Assembly (NCBI GenBank): GCA_036788695.1
Contig: DAIQMY010000002.1
Coordinates: 66,394 to 130,393 of the forward strand
DNA from: Candidatus Levyibacteriota bacterium
Lineage (GTDB): Bacteria > Patescibacteriota > Microgenomatia > Levybacterales > GWA1-39-11
DNA: 64,000 bases
Direction: 5' to 3'
The position numbers and the translations under genes were made by a program. Position 1 is the stretch's first letter. Each line of letters begins with the position of its first letter. The notes under the pieces were generated by a model that worked only from the letters and a program-made list of their open reading frames with translations, did not search any database and was not told the origin of the DNA. Of this stretch, positions 40,329 to 49,295 are shown in pieces.

Positions 40329-41332
40329 AGATTTGTAATTTTTTTCCACAAAAATGGGGCATTTTGGGGCAAGTACCACTCAGAATTATGTGCCCCGTAT
40401 TTAAAAAACGCAATATCTGTTTTCCCTCCAAAGTCTTGTACTTGACTAATATCATCATCAAAGTGTTTCATTGAGGGAAAAGTCCATAAAGGGGGTTCAG
40501 ACCATGCACCCAGAGCTATAATAAACTGTATATTTTTATCAATTCTTTCTATTTCTGAAATGGAACGGCTCGCAACTGTTGCAACAAAATCAGGATAATA
40601 ATCTTCTACGTTTGTGTAGGCATTTATCATGACAATATCTGCTACGTTTTTTCCAAATGGATTTCCTTGCCTAAAAAAATCGTTTGTGTAGTCATAAAAA
40701 AACCAACCGTTCATACGAATAAGTATAGGATGGTTAGGGTCGGTATTTTTTACATCTCTATATGAGTTTTGGAGTTGCGAAAGCGTAAGGTAGTACTTCC
40801 TGTCTGCATTTGGTAGCACAGATCCCGCTTCATTTGAGGTGTCCCATGCGTATAATGCAGGATGGTTTTTATACAAGTTTACAAAATGTATTACTTTTTC
40901 TTTTTGCCATTGTGGCATTTGATCTTTGGGATATGTTTCAGTGTTGCACTCATATCCCCATTCAGCTTCTCCTGCGCCTGCAGGAAGAATAACTTTTAAA
41001 TTATGTTGATGCGCTCGATCTAAAAATGAACGCACATCTTCTTCTGATTCGCAAATGTCAAAATTTCCTTCAATAACGTCTATTTTTGCATTTTGTAAAA
41101 CAGCAAAGTCGTTATCTGTTAAGCCAAAATCATCCATGTATGCTTCACCTACATCCTTCAAAATTTTTCTTTGAGTGCGTTCTCCTATTTTCTGAATTGG
41201 GGTTATACTGCTTTTTTGTGTATTGCTCCTTGTCATGCCAGTTGAGATTTTTGAAACAAACTGTAATGGTTGGTTGAGGAAGATAATGATGAATGAAGCC
41301 AAAATTGAAAAAAAGAGTATTGGCTTTATCAT
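40325..41332 (-). CDS. Secreted TIM-barrel glycoside hydrolase (clan GH-A-like; family not assignable by eye)
   Basis: N-terminal signal/TM. YAWDTSNEAG is an NE acid/base-type motif. ALGAWSEPP is a possible nucleophile-Glu motif. Last gene of the minus-strand operon. Confidence 0.4.
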   Translation of the reverse strand: MIKPILFFSILASFIIIFLNQPLQFVSKISTGMTRSNTQKSSITPIQKIGERTQRKILKDVGEAYMDDFGLTDNDFAVLQNAKIDVIEGNFDICESEEDVRSFLDRAHQHNLKVILPAGAGEAEWGYECNTETYPKDQMPQWQKEKVIHFVNLYKNHPALYAWDTSNEAGSVLPNADRKYYLTLSQLQNSYRDVKNTDPNHPILIRMNGWFFYDYTNDFFRQGNPFGKNVADIVMINAYTNVEDYYPDFVATVASRSISEIERIDKNIQFIIALGAWSEPPLWTFPSMKHFDDDISQVQDFGGKTDIAFFKYGAHNSEWYLPQNAPFLWKKITNL

Positions 41333-41345
41333 GTTGTGCGGTACA

Positions 41346-43760
41346 CTACTGCTTGTTAAACGTTACGGAATCTATAAGAACATTTCCTGTAGAGGTTGCT
41401 GTAGTATAGAACTGAACCCTTATTTTTTTAACTGATGTGTTTGTTGGGATATAGCTAAATTGTTTAATTCCTGTGAAGGAAGTATTTATCATGCCTTTCC
41501 ACTGTCCGGAAATCCAATTATCCGCTGCATCGTATTCATCTATGTAAAATCCAAATTCTCCTGTTAGATTAGTTGTTTTAACGTATGATGACCAAACATA
41601 CTGGAACGTAGCATCAATAGGAGTTAGAGCAGAAAAGAAATGCGCTCTTAAGTTATTTATGTTTATGGTAATGCTATTTGCACCGTCATTTCCTTCTGAT
41701 CCAGTATTTACTATCCAAGAGGTCGAATCAGATGTCCACGCTGTTGGCAGGTTTCCTGAAACGCTTTCAAAAGATGAGTTACTAAGAATATTTGCGCCAG
41801 GTGTAGGCGTAACAGTAGGTGTTGCGGTTGGTGTTGCAGTTGGAGTAACTGTAGGTGTAACGCTAGGCGTAATTGTTGGAGCCACAGTAGGAGTAGCTGT
41901 AGGTGTAACAGATGGGCTAATGGTTGGTGTTGCAGTTGGAGTAACTGTAGGTGTAGGCTGCGAATTATCAAGTAATGAAACTGAGTCAAGTGTTGTATCC
42001 CCAGTGCTGTTTGGAACGAGGTAATATTGAAGTCTTATTTTGTTTACAAGTGCACCTGTTGGCGTGTACACAAAAGTCTTTAAGCCATCAAAAATCGTAT
42101 TTATCATGCCTTTCCACTGTCCGGATATCCAATTTCCAGCGGTATCGTATTCATCTATGTAAAATCCAAATTCTCCTGTTAGATTAGCAGTTTTAAGATA
42201 TTGTGACCATGAGTATTGTGTTGTTGTAGATGGTATTGCTATCAAGTCGGAAAATAGATGGCTATAATTTGCGCTTCCTGATACTTTTGCGCTATTTGTT
42301 GCGTCATTTCCCTCCGAAAGTGAATTTATTACCCAATTTGCGGTGTCGTGAGTCCAATTAGATGCGAAAGCACCTGTTGTTTGTTCAAAACTATTATTTG
42401 CCACAAGATTTAGGTTTGGCGTAGGAGTGGGAGTTACGCTTGGGGTTATAGTAGGTGTAACAGTTGGGGTAACGCTTGGCGTCGCGGTAGGTGTAACGGT
42501 AGGTACAAGTGTTGGTGTTGCTGATGGTGTAGCCGCAAGATCATGGAGGGATATGTTATCAACGTATGCATTTCCAGTAGCTCCTGCAGTAAAGTATGTT
42601 TGTATTCCAATCTTTGAGACTAGTGAAGAGGTCGTTTCATAAAACTTTGTAAAGAAGCCGATCGTGTTATTCGCAACCAATCCAAGCCACTGTCCGGAAA
42701 TCCAATTATCCGCTGCATCGTATTCATCTATATAGAATCCAAGCTCACCAGTTGTAACACCTGTTGTTGAGTAAAACGCCTCCAGTAAATAGTCTGCTCC
42801 AGGAATAACGCTTATTAAACCTGAGAATAAATGTGTTGCAGTTGCACCACCTGTAAGTTTTGCTGAATTACTAGAATCTTGAGCTGCGCCATTGTTATTT
42901 GTATCAAGTGTTGTTTGAGTGTTACCCGCTGTCCAATTAGTGAGTCCATTTGAAAAGTCTGAATTGGTGACTATATTTACACCGGGTGCTTTAATCCCGT
43001 CTCTAATACTTACAACTGGAATTTGTTTTTCATTAATATAGTCAGCGATTGCCGTTAAATCTGTTGAAGTAGTTGTATATTCATAGTTTGGGTCTAATTG
43101 TGGCGCAACATGATGGAAAACAAGAATAAGCCATTGTTTATTTGTTATTGCGGAATCAATATATGCCTTAACCTGGGCAATAGTTGTTGCAGAATTTATA
43201 TCTTGAACCTGTAAGATTGCTTTATTTGAAGGCACTGAGTTATATGCAATGTCTGCAAATCCTCTATGCGAATCAAATAATTTAAGAGCTTCTGTTAGTA
43301 CGATATTGTCATATGCTCCAAAGGGTGTTGCAAGATTACTCACTGAAAGTCCATGTGCCTCAAGCTCTTCTTTTGAGGTAGTGAACTCAGAAATAATTTG
43401 AGTTTGAGTTAAGAGGGGTAGCTCAGGATGAGTGGCTGTGTGATTGCCCACTTCCCAGCCATATACATTTTGAAGATTTTGCAACTGTGCCCAGGACATA
43501 GAAGGAAGCCCGTCATCTGTTAGACCACTATTTATATATCCTGAAGTAGCATAAATAACACCTTTTATGTTCCTGGATGAGAGTATTGGCAACGCCTCTG
43601 TATAGGTAGATAGAAATCCGTCATCAAAGGTTAAGGACACCTGTGCCCTTTGGTATACCGCAGGGTCAACTGCAGCGTAGGTATTTCCCACAAACAATAA
43701 TTGAGCAACTATTGTTACAAGCACTAGGTATGTAAGTATTTTTTTTGTTATATTAAACAT
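41346..43760 (-). CDS. Secreted polysaccharide deacetylase (CE4/NodB domain) followed by three tandem CBM4/9-like beta-sandwich modules separated by Thr-Pro linkers
   Basis: Signal peptide. CE4 motifs are TFDDG, GNHTATHP and LILVFHH. Three repeats begin NSDFSNG/NNSFEQ/NSSFES and each contains EFGFYIDEYD(A/T)A(D/G)NWISGQW. Linkers are TPTVTPTATPSVTPT... Confidence 0.7.
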   Translation of the reverse strand: MFNITKKILTYLVLVTIVAQLLFVGNTYAAVDPAVYQRAQVSLTFDDGFLSTYTEALPILSSRNIKGVIYATSGYINSGLTDDGLPSMSWAQLQNLQNVYGWEVGNHTATHPELPLLTQTQIISEFTTSKEELEAHGLSVSNLATPFGAYDNIVLTEALKLFDSHRGFADIAYNSVPSNKAILQVQDINSATTIAQVKAYIDSAITNKQWLILVFHHVAPQLDPNYEYTTTSTDLTAIADYINEKQIPVVSIRDGIKAPGVNIVTNSDFSNGLTNWTAGNTQTTLDTNNNGAAQDSSNSAKLTGGATATHLFSGLISVIPGADYLLEAFYSTTGVTTGELGFYIDEYDAADNWISGQWLGLVANNTIGFFTKFYETTSSLVSKIGIQTYFTAGATGNAYVDNISLHDLAATPSATPTLVPTVTPTATPSVTPTVTPTITPSVTPTPTPNLNLVANNSFEQTTGAFASNWTHDTANWVINSLSEGNDATNSAKVSGSANYSHLFSDLIAIPSTTTQYSWSQYLKTANLTGEFGFYIDEYDTAGNWISGQWKGMINTIFDGLKTFVYTPTGALVNKIRLQYYLVPNSTGDTTLDSVSLLDNSQPTPTVTPTATPTISPSVTPTATPTVAPTITPSVTPTVTPTATPTATPTVTPTPGANILSNSSFESVSGNLPTAWTSDSTSWIVNTGSEGNDGANSITININNLRAHFFSALTPIDATFQYVWSSYVKTTNLTGEFGFYIDEYDAADNWISGQWKGMINTSFTGIKQFSYIPTNTSVKKIRVQFYTTATSTGNVLIDSVTFNKQ
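41795..41980. repeat. Thr-Pro linker-encoding tandem repeat 2 inside the CE4-CBM gene
   Basis: Same 6-nt periodicity. Source of the spurious ORFs 41659..42024(+) and 41711..41989(-). Confidence 0.6.
42427..42550. repeat. Thr-Pro linker-encoding tandem repeat 1 (ACN-CCN periodicity) inside the CE4-CBM gene
   Basis: Produces spurious antisense Gly-Val ORFs (42427..42642). Read directly from the sequence. Confidence 0.6.
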
Positions 43761-44367
43761 TGCATTCTCCTTCTGAAATAGATATAAGTTTTGCTTTTAC
43801 GACAAATCGCTGTTCAGAGAAAGCACCAGCACAAGTAATTAAGGTAAGGGTAGGCTTTTCTGTGGGATAAAATGCTTCAACGTTTGCGGGATCACTCACG
43901 CCAACTGATGTCACCTTATAGACCGCTGTATGTTCTGCTGTTTTTACAACTATCTCCTCTCCTGTTGAGAGTTTTTTAATGTTTGTAAAGCCATTTTCCT
44001 TATCGTGCGCGAATATTCCCACATTTCCTTTAATCCGGGATACTGTATTTGTTTCTTTAGCGTAGTTTGCAACTCCTTCATTTACTTTCCATGTACCATT
44101 TTGAAGCGCAACTGTTGTAACCGGTAAGTTTATTCCTGCTTTTTTTATCAAAATCTGTTGAGGTATATAATCGTCTTTGTTTGTGCATGTTGTAAGTTTT
44201 GCATAGGAGACTGCAGCCGGTTGTGGATGTTCTGGCAATAAATTAGCTGCCGCGATAGAAGTTACTCCAGATAATTGGAGAATACTTGCGGTTATAACCA
44301 CGAATAACCCTATCCCTAAGGGAAGTTTTTCCTGTGTTCGTTTTGTATTAAATTTAAGCTTATTCAT
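43753..44367 (-). CDS. Sortase (cysteine transpeptidase)
   Basis: N-terminal TM anchor. His motif GNVGIFAHDKENGF, catalytic Cys in LTLITCAG (TLxTC), downstream Arg (QRFVVKAKL). Confidence 0.75.
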   Translation of the reverse strand: MNKLKFNTKRTQEKLPLGIGLFVVITASILQLSGVTSIAAANLLPEHPQPAAVSYAKLTTCTNKDDYIPQQILIKKAGINLPVTTVALQNGTWKVNEGVANYAKETNTVSRIKGNVGIFAHDKENGFTNIKKLSTGEEIVVKTAEHTAVYKVTSVGVSDPANVEAFYPTEKPTLTLITCAGAFSEQRFVVKAKLISISEGECNV

Positions 44368-44369
44368 GT

Positions 44370-44562
44370 TTACCTTTGTCTGTTTGAATTTATGAGAAAT
44401 CTAGTTATTGATCCCATTAAAACTATCAAGCTTACAAAACTGACCGTAAAAAGTGCCCCAACTAATATTGGGTCTGCATTATTAGCCAATAATATTCCTC
44501 CTGCTGTTGTTGCAGGTAATGATGTTGCTGCTCCTAATACGCTTCCGCGTCCATAATCTGTC
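44370..44562 (-). CDS. 64-aa peptide that is essentially a cell-wall-sorting-signal-like module (LPATT + hydrophobic helix + basic tail). Either a sortase substrate or an IcaD/PgaD-like synthase accessory subunit.
   Basis: Strong RBS (AAAGGAG, 9 nt) before the ATG at 44562. Translation is MTDYGRGSVLGAATSLPATTAGGILLANNADPILVGALFTVSFVSLIVLMGSITRFLINSNRQR. The longer 118-aa version in the track overlaps the GT2 C-terminus and is unlikely. Confidence 0.4.
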
Positions 44563-44583
44563 ATAATATATAGCTCCTTTCTT

Positions 44584-45849
44584 TTATGCTCTTGTACCCC
44601 ACGATAGTGTGTACCCGATTTTTTGAAATGCTCTGTGTCCTGCTTGTTCTGCTGCGATGAGCTTAGGTGAATATTTGATTGCAAATCTAGACAACGTGTT
44701 GAAAATGAAAAACATATAAGAACCAATTAATATTGCAGATAAGATGTTGGAATATATAAATTCAGGAATGATAAGAGCCTTTACTATCCAATCCCATTTG
44801 TCACGTTCTTTGAAAGAAAGCAAGGAAATTAAGTTAAAAGAGTAGGAAAGTATAAAATGTAAGAGCGCAATTACGAAAATACCAAATACTAATGCCGGCG
44901 GTGTTTCGTGATTTCTTACTACCACAAGAGACAGAAGCACAACTAGTAGTAAAGATAAGAATAGTGTGTGCCCAATAATATCTTGAAGTACGTGAGCATA
45001 GTCTTTCCAGAAATCCTTAACCACAATAATCCCGCCATAGCTCCATCTTACTCTCTGCTTCCATAGTTCAGGTAGAGTTTCAGGAACATTTGTCCATGCA
45101 TGAGCACTAGGTGCAATAGCTGTTTTCCATCCAGCCTTTTTAATTCTTACCGTAATGTCATAATCTTCAATTAGTTTATCAACGTTGTATCCCTTTACGT
45201 CTAAAAGCGCGCTATATCTAAATGCTGAAAGCATCCCCTGCATAACAAGTGGTCCTGAAAGAAATCCAGTATCGCTTATTTTTGTGATATTAAATCCGTG
45301 GTACTCAAGGCTTTGTAGTCTTGTTAATAAATTTTTCTTTCTGTTTTTAACCCACGCATTTGATACGACCGCACCTATTTTTGCATCTTGAAAAAGTACG
45401 TCAACTAATATCTGAATGGTATTGTGATTTATTGTAACGTCGTCATCAAATGTCAGGACAACATCTGGTTTACTTTTCTGTTTTGAAATATGGGTGAGTG
45501 CAAAATTTAACGCTTGCGCTTTTAAATGCGTCTTGTCGGTTCTTAGTAAAACTATTTTTTTGTTTTTTTGCGTAAGTGCTTTTATTTTTTCAAGGATGGT
45601 TGTGCTTTGTAGCGCGTTTTTTGGAGTATTGTCATCAACAACAATTATCTGTATGTTCTTGTCCCATGTAGATATATTATTTATAAGCCTATAAGTTATA
45701 TATTTAGGTTTAAATGTGGGGATAATTACCGTTATACGTTTCTTATGTGAAACATGCGTAAGCATTTTTTTTATACCCTTCTTTGGGACAAAAAATGCAA
45801 AAAACTCTCGTGCAAATTTTCTTGATTTTACAATAATTTCTTGAGACAT
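44584..45849 (-). CDS. Processive family-2 glycosyltransferase (IcaA/PgaC/NodC/chitin-synthase-like polysaccharide synthase) with C-terminal TM helices
   Basis: ITVIIPTFKPKY...IIVVDDNTP, a DDD patch (LTFDDDVT), and WKQRVRWSYGG, which is the QxxRW processivity motif. 4-5 C-terminal TM helices. Confidence 0.75.
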   Translation of the reverse strand: MSQEIIVKSRKFAREFFAFFVPKKGIKKMLTHVSHKKRITVIIPTFKPKYITYRLINNISTWDKNIQIIVVDDNTPKNALQSTTILEKIKALTQKNKKIVLLRTDKTHLKAQALNFALTHISKQKSKPDVVLTFDDDVTINHNTIQILVDVLFQDAKIGAVVSNAWVKNRKKNLLTRLQSLEYHGFNITKISDTGFLSGPLVMQGMLSAFRYSALLDVKGYNVDKLIEDYDITVRIKKAGWKTAIAPSAHAWTNVPETLPELWKQRVRWSYGGIIVVKDFWKDYAHVLQDIIGHTLFLSLLLVVLLSLVVVRNHETPPALVFGIFVIALLHFILSYSFNLISLLSFKERDKWDWIVKALIIPEFIYSNILSAILIGSYMFFIFNTLSRFAIKYSPKLIAAEQAGHRAFQKIGYTLSWGTRA

Positions 45850-45987
45850 AAATCTGGATTTTACACTATGAGATTATAAATGTCTAGTACCAATACCAGA
45901 TAATAAAAGTAAGACCTGAACAGACTAAGGTATTTAATAAAAATTTTCGTAAAAGATGCTAAGCTTCAAAGGAAATTAAAAGATAGG

Positions 45988-46016
45988 TTGAAAGTAAATG
46001 TTAAAAGCCCTATAAT
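45988..46016 (+). promoter_or_regulatory. Candidate promoter for mraY-ftsW-murG: TTGAAA-17-TATAAT
   Basis: Near-consensus hexamers with exact 17-nt spacing, 40 nt upstream of the mraY ATG, in the divergent intergenic region. Confidence 0.4.
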
Positions 46017-46056
46017 TCAATCTATTGAATACATTTGTTATAGTATTTAAATTTTT

Positions 46057-47067
46057 ATGGATAAAATTTTTGGTCTAGCAATTCTTTCTTTTACGATTAC
46101 TGCAATATTACTTGTCCCATTCATAGATTTTCTTTACAAGATAAAGCTCCAGAGAAAACACTTTAAATCAAGGGACATGTTTAATAAGCGGACACCAATC
46201 TTTGATAAATTCTCCCGAGGAAAAGTAGGAACTCCTTTTGGAGGGGGAATATTAATTATCATTGTTGTAACGGTTATATCATTGTGGACCTATGGAATTT
46301 TTTCAGTTGAAGTAAAGTTTTGGGAATTATTTGTATTGTTATTTGCCTTTATAGGATTCGGTGCCCTTGGTTTTTATGATGACTTAAGAAAAATATTAAA
46401 TCGTGGGACTGACGGATTTTTTGGATTGTCTTTTAAATATAAATTCCTATTACAGTGGGTGCTTGCACTTATTATTGGCGCTATATTCTACTATCAGCTA
46501 GGTTACTCGTTTATTTATTTGCATTGGCTAGGTAAAGTATCATTGGGGCTTTTATTTATTCCATTTGCGGCATTTGTTATTGTATCTTTTGTAAATGCTT
46601 TCAACATAACTGATGGGTTAGATGGTCTTGCATCAGGAGTATTTCTTATAGCACTTATTGCATTTCTTACAATTTCACACGCGCTCCTTGATTTATCCCT
46701 AGGTCTTTTTATCTCAATTCTTATAGGTGCAATAGCAGCATTTTTATATTTTAATATTTTCCCTGCACGGTTATGGCTAGGAGATGTGGGATCGCTTTCG
46801 TTGGGTGCTGCCCTTGCTGTTATTGGTTTATTAACCGGGAAAACTGCGGCAATTGGAATTATTGGAGGAGTATTTGTCGTAGAGGTTGCCTCAAGTCTCA
46901 TACAAATATTGGGTAAAAGAATATTGGGAAGAAAATTATTGCCAGTAGCCCCTCTCCATTTATATTTTATGGAAAAAGGGTGGGGTGAGCCAAAGACTGT
47001 AATGCGTGCATGGTTGTTTGCGATCATCTTTGCAGTAATTGGTCTTTATATTGCCTTTATTGCATAA
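46057..47067 (+). CDS. mraY: Phospho-N-acetylmuramoyl-pentapeptide transferase
   Basis: VNAFNITDGLDGLASG motif, ~10 TM helices, dcw context. Confidence 0.85.
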   Translation: MDKIFGLAILSFTITAILLVPFIDFLYKIKLQRKHFKSRDMFNKRTPIFDKFSRGKVGTPFGGGILIIIVVTVISLWTYGIFSVEVKFWELFVLLFAFIGFGALGFYDDLRKILNRGTDGFFGLSFKYKFLLQWVLALIIGAIFYYQLGYSFIYLHWLGKVSLGLLFIPFAAFVIVSFVNAFNITDGLDGLASGVFLIALIAFLTISHALLDLSLGLFISILIGAIAAFLYFNIFPARLWLGDVGSLSLGAALAVIGLLTGKTAAIGIIGGVFVVEVASSLIQILGKRILGRKLLPVAPLHLYFMEKGWGEPKTVMRAWLFAIIFAVIGLYIAFIA

Positions 47068-47113
47068 CACTTCTATTTACAGTCATAACTTTTAAGCGGT
47101 ATACTTTACTTGC

Positions 47114-48217
47114 ATGAAAAATCCACTGGGAATTGCATTATTTTTAGTGACTTTAGTACTTTCTCTCATAGGAATATTTATCTTATATGAAAGCTCATCC
47201 TATACTGCACTGCTTAATATAGGTGATAAATATTACTTTGTAAAAAATCAAAGCATGTGGTTAGTCTTGGGTGTTACATTGTGTTTTGTATTGGCCAAAA
47301 TAAACTACAAACTTTATAAGAATCTAGCTTTGCCATTTTTAATAATTACGTTTGGTTTATTGATTGCGGTTTTTCTTCCAGGAATTGGACTTTCCTTAAA
47401 GGGCGCTCACAGGTGGATAAATTTGGGATTTACTGTTATACAACCGTCAGAACTATTAAAAATTACGCTTACCCTCTATCTTGCGGCATGGTTTTCAGTA
47501 AAGGAGAAAGGACGACTGCTTGCGTTTTTACTGTTATTAGGCGCATGTGTGTTTCTAGTTATCGCTGAACCTGATTTGGGCACTACTACTATTATCACAG
47601 CAACAGCAATACTGGTCTATTTTTTCCAAGGTGCAAAAATAAAAGAGATTGTCGCAATTCTTGTATTATTTTTAGTAGCAGTATTTTTTCTTATAAAATT
47701 TGAGCCGTACCGAGCAGCACGTTTTGCGGAGTACATGAATTTTAACACGAAGGATTTCTCTACAACCTCATACCATGTCAAACAAATACTGATTGCGTTA
47801 GGTTCAGGAGGCGTAAGTGGTGTAGGATTTGGTAAGTCTGTACAGAAATATGCGTATCTTCCGGAAAACACGACAGATTCAATTTTTGCAATTTACTCTG
47901 AGGAGGCAGGATTTATTGGGTCGTTTTTCTTAATCTCACTATTTTTTATACAGCTTGTGATAGGATATGGAATTGCCATACGCACATCAGATGTTTTTGG
48001 AAGAATACTTGCCTTCGGAATTATAACGTTTATGGGTGTGCAGACTATATTAAATCTTGCCTCGCAGGTGGTGTTGTTCCCCTTAACCGGTGTTCCTTTA
48101 CCTTTTATCTCTTATGGTGGATCCTCAATGGTTATAAATTTTATGTCTATAGGCATTATACTAAGTATTGCAAAGTCTGATGCAGGAGTTCTTATAAAAC
48201 GTGGGAAAAAAGTCTAA
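47114..48217 (+). CDS. ftsW: SEDS-family peptidoglycan glycosyltransferase FtsW/RodA
   Basis: 10-TM protein with conserved central loop motifs (PSELLKITL...) and a C-terminal GGSSM. Lies between mraY and murG. Confidence 0.8.
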   Translation: MKNPLGIALFLVTLVLSLIGIFILYESSSYTALLNIGDKYYFVKNQSMWLVLGVTLCFVLAKINYKLYKNLALPFLIITFGLLIAVFLPGIGLSLKGAHRWINLGFTVIQPSELLKITLTLYLAAWFSVKEKGRLLAFLLLLGACVFLVIAEPDLGTTTIITATAILVYFFQGAKIKEIVAILVLFLVAVFFLIKFEPYRAARFAEYMNFNTKDFSTTSYHVKQILIALGSGGVSGVGFGKSVQKYAYLPENTTDSIFAIYSEEAGFIGSFFLISLFFIQLVIGYGIAIRTSDVFGRILAFGIITFMGVQTILNLASQVVLFPLTGVPLPFISYGGSSMVINFMSIGIILSIAKSDAGVLIKRGKKV

Positions 48218-49295
48218 AATTATTTTAACTGGTGGACACTTGGCTCCACTTTTGGCAGTGTATGAGGTGCTTTCAAAGAAAGCTTCGTGTGTTGTAGTGG
48301 GAAGAAGACACACATTTGAAGCTGACAAGACTGAAAGTCTCGAGTACACATTATTTAAAAAAGAAAATATCCCTTTTTATAATTTACCTGCGGCTCGTCT
48401 TCAAAGAAAATTCACTAAGCACACCATACCCTCACTTTTTAGATCTCCAAGTGCATTTATTCGGGCAAGGAGCGTATTAAGTCATGAGAGGCCGGATGTG
48501 ATTTTAACTTTTGGAGGATATATTGGACTTCCGGTTGCGTTGGCAGCGTATGTGAAGGGTATTCCTATTGTTCTTCATGAACAAACATTGCGCGCTGGGC
48601 TTACAAACAGAACAATTGGTAAAATTGCTACTAAAATTTGTATTTCCTACCCCACGTCTGCCCGCTTTTTTCCATCAGAAAAAACTGTTGTAACCGGAAA
48701 TCCAGTGCGTCCAGAAGTTTTCACAATTTATGACTCTCTAAAGCTCCCTGCGGGGTTACCTGTATTGTATGTAACAGGAGGAAGTGCTGGAGCACACGCA
48801 CTCAATACTATTATTGAGTATATTCTTCCCAATCTTTTGCGAAATTTTGTTGTAATCCATCAAACTGGCGATGCCCAGGAGTTTAAAGATTACGAACGGC
48901 TAACAAAATTGAAAGAAAATCTCCCAGAAGATTTAAGGGACAGATACGTGTTAAAGAAGTTTATATTGCCTAAGGAAATAGGATGGGTTTATAAACAGGC
49001 AGACGTGATACTATCCCGGTCAGGAGCAAATACTGTTGCTGAGTTGATCGCGCTTCATAAGAAGGCATTATTAATACCTCTCCCCTTTGGTCAGCAGGAG
49101 GAACAGTTGGAGAACGCAAAATATTACGAGAGTACGAATCTGGGTGAATATATCTTACAAAAAAACGTAAACTTAAACACAATTATTAAAAAACTTCTTT
49201 CAATACGAGAATCAAAAATTCCTCCTATGCCTCCCTTTAAAAACGATGCAGCAGAAAAAATTGCACAGGAAGTGTTTTCAGTACTTGTAAAATGA
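48201..49295 (+). CDS. murG: UDP-N-acetylglucosamine--N-acetylmuramyl-(pentapeptide) pyrophosphoryl-undecaprenol GlcNAc transferase
   Basis: KIILTGGHLAPLLAV (GGT/HxxP-type N-terminus), YVTGGSAGAHALN, and a GT28 C-terminal region. Confidence 0.8.
   Translation: MGKKSKIILTGGHLAPLLAVYEVLSKKASCVVVGRRHTFEADKTESLEYTLFKKENIPFYNLPAARLQRKFTKHTIPSLFRSPSAFIRARSVLSHERPDVILTFGGYIGLPVALAAYVKGIPIVLHEQTLRAGLTNRTIGKIATKICISYPTSARFFPSEKTVVTGNPVRPEVFTIYDSLKLPAGLPVLYVTGGSAGAHALNTIIEYILPNLLRNFVVIHQTGDAQEFKDYERLTKLKENLPEDLRDRYVLKKFILPKEIGWVYKQADVILSRSGANTVAELIALHKKALLIPLPFGQQEEQLENAKYYESTNLGEYILQKNVNLNTIIKKLLSIRESKIPPMPPFKNDAAEKIAQEVFSVLVK

Noticed and set aside
41659-42642. ORFs 41659..42024(+), 41711..41989(-), 41975..42187(+) and 42427..42642(+), which translate to Gly-Val-rich low-complexity peptides
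   Set aside because: They lie antisense to, or out of frame within, the Thr-Pro linker repeats of the 804-aa CE4-CBM gene. They are repeat shadows, not genes.
44370-44726. The 118-aa version of the small ORF, starting at 44726
   Set aside because: Its first 54 codons overlap the GT2 3' end in another frame, and a consensus RBS precedes the internal ATG at 44562. The short 64-aa form is preferred.
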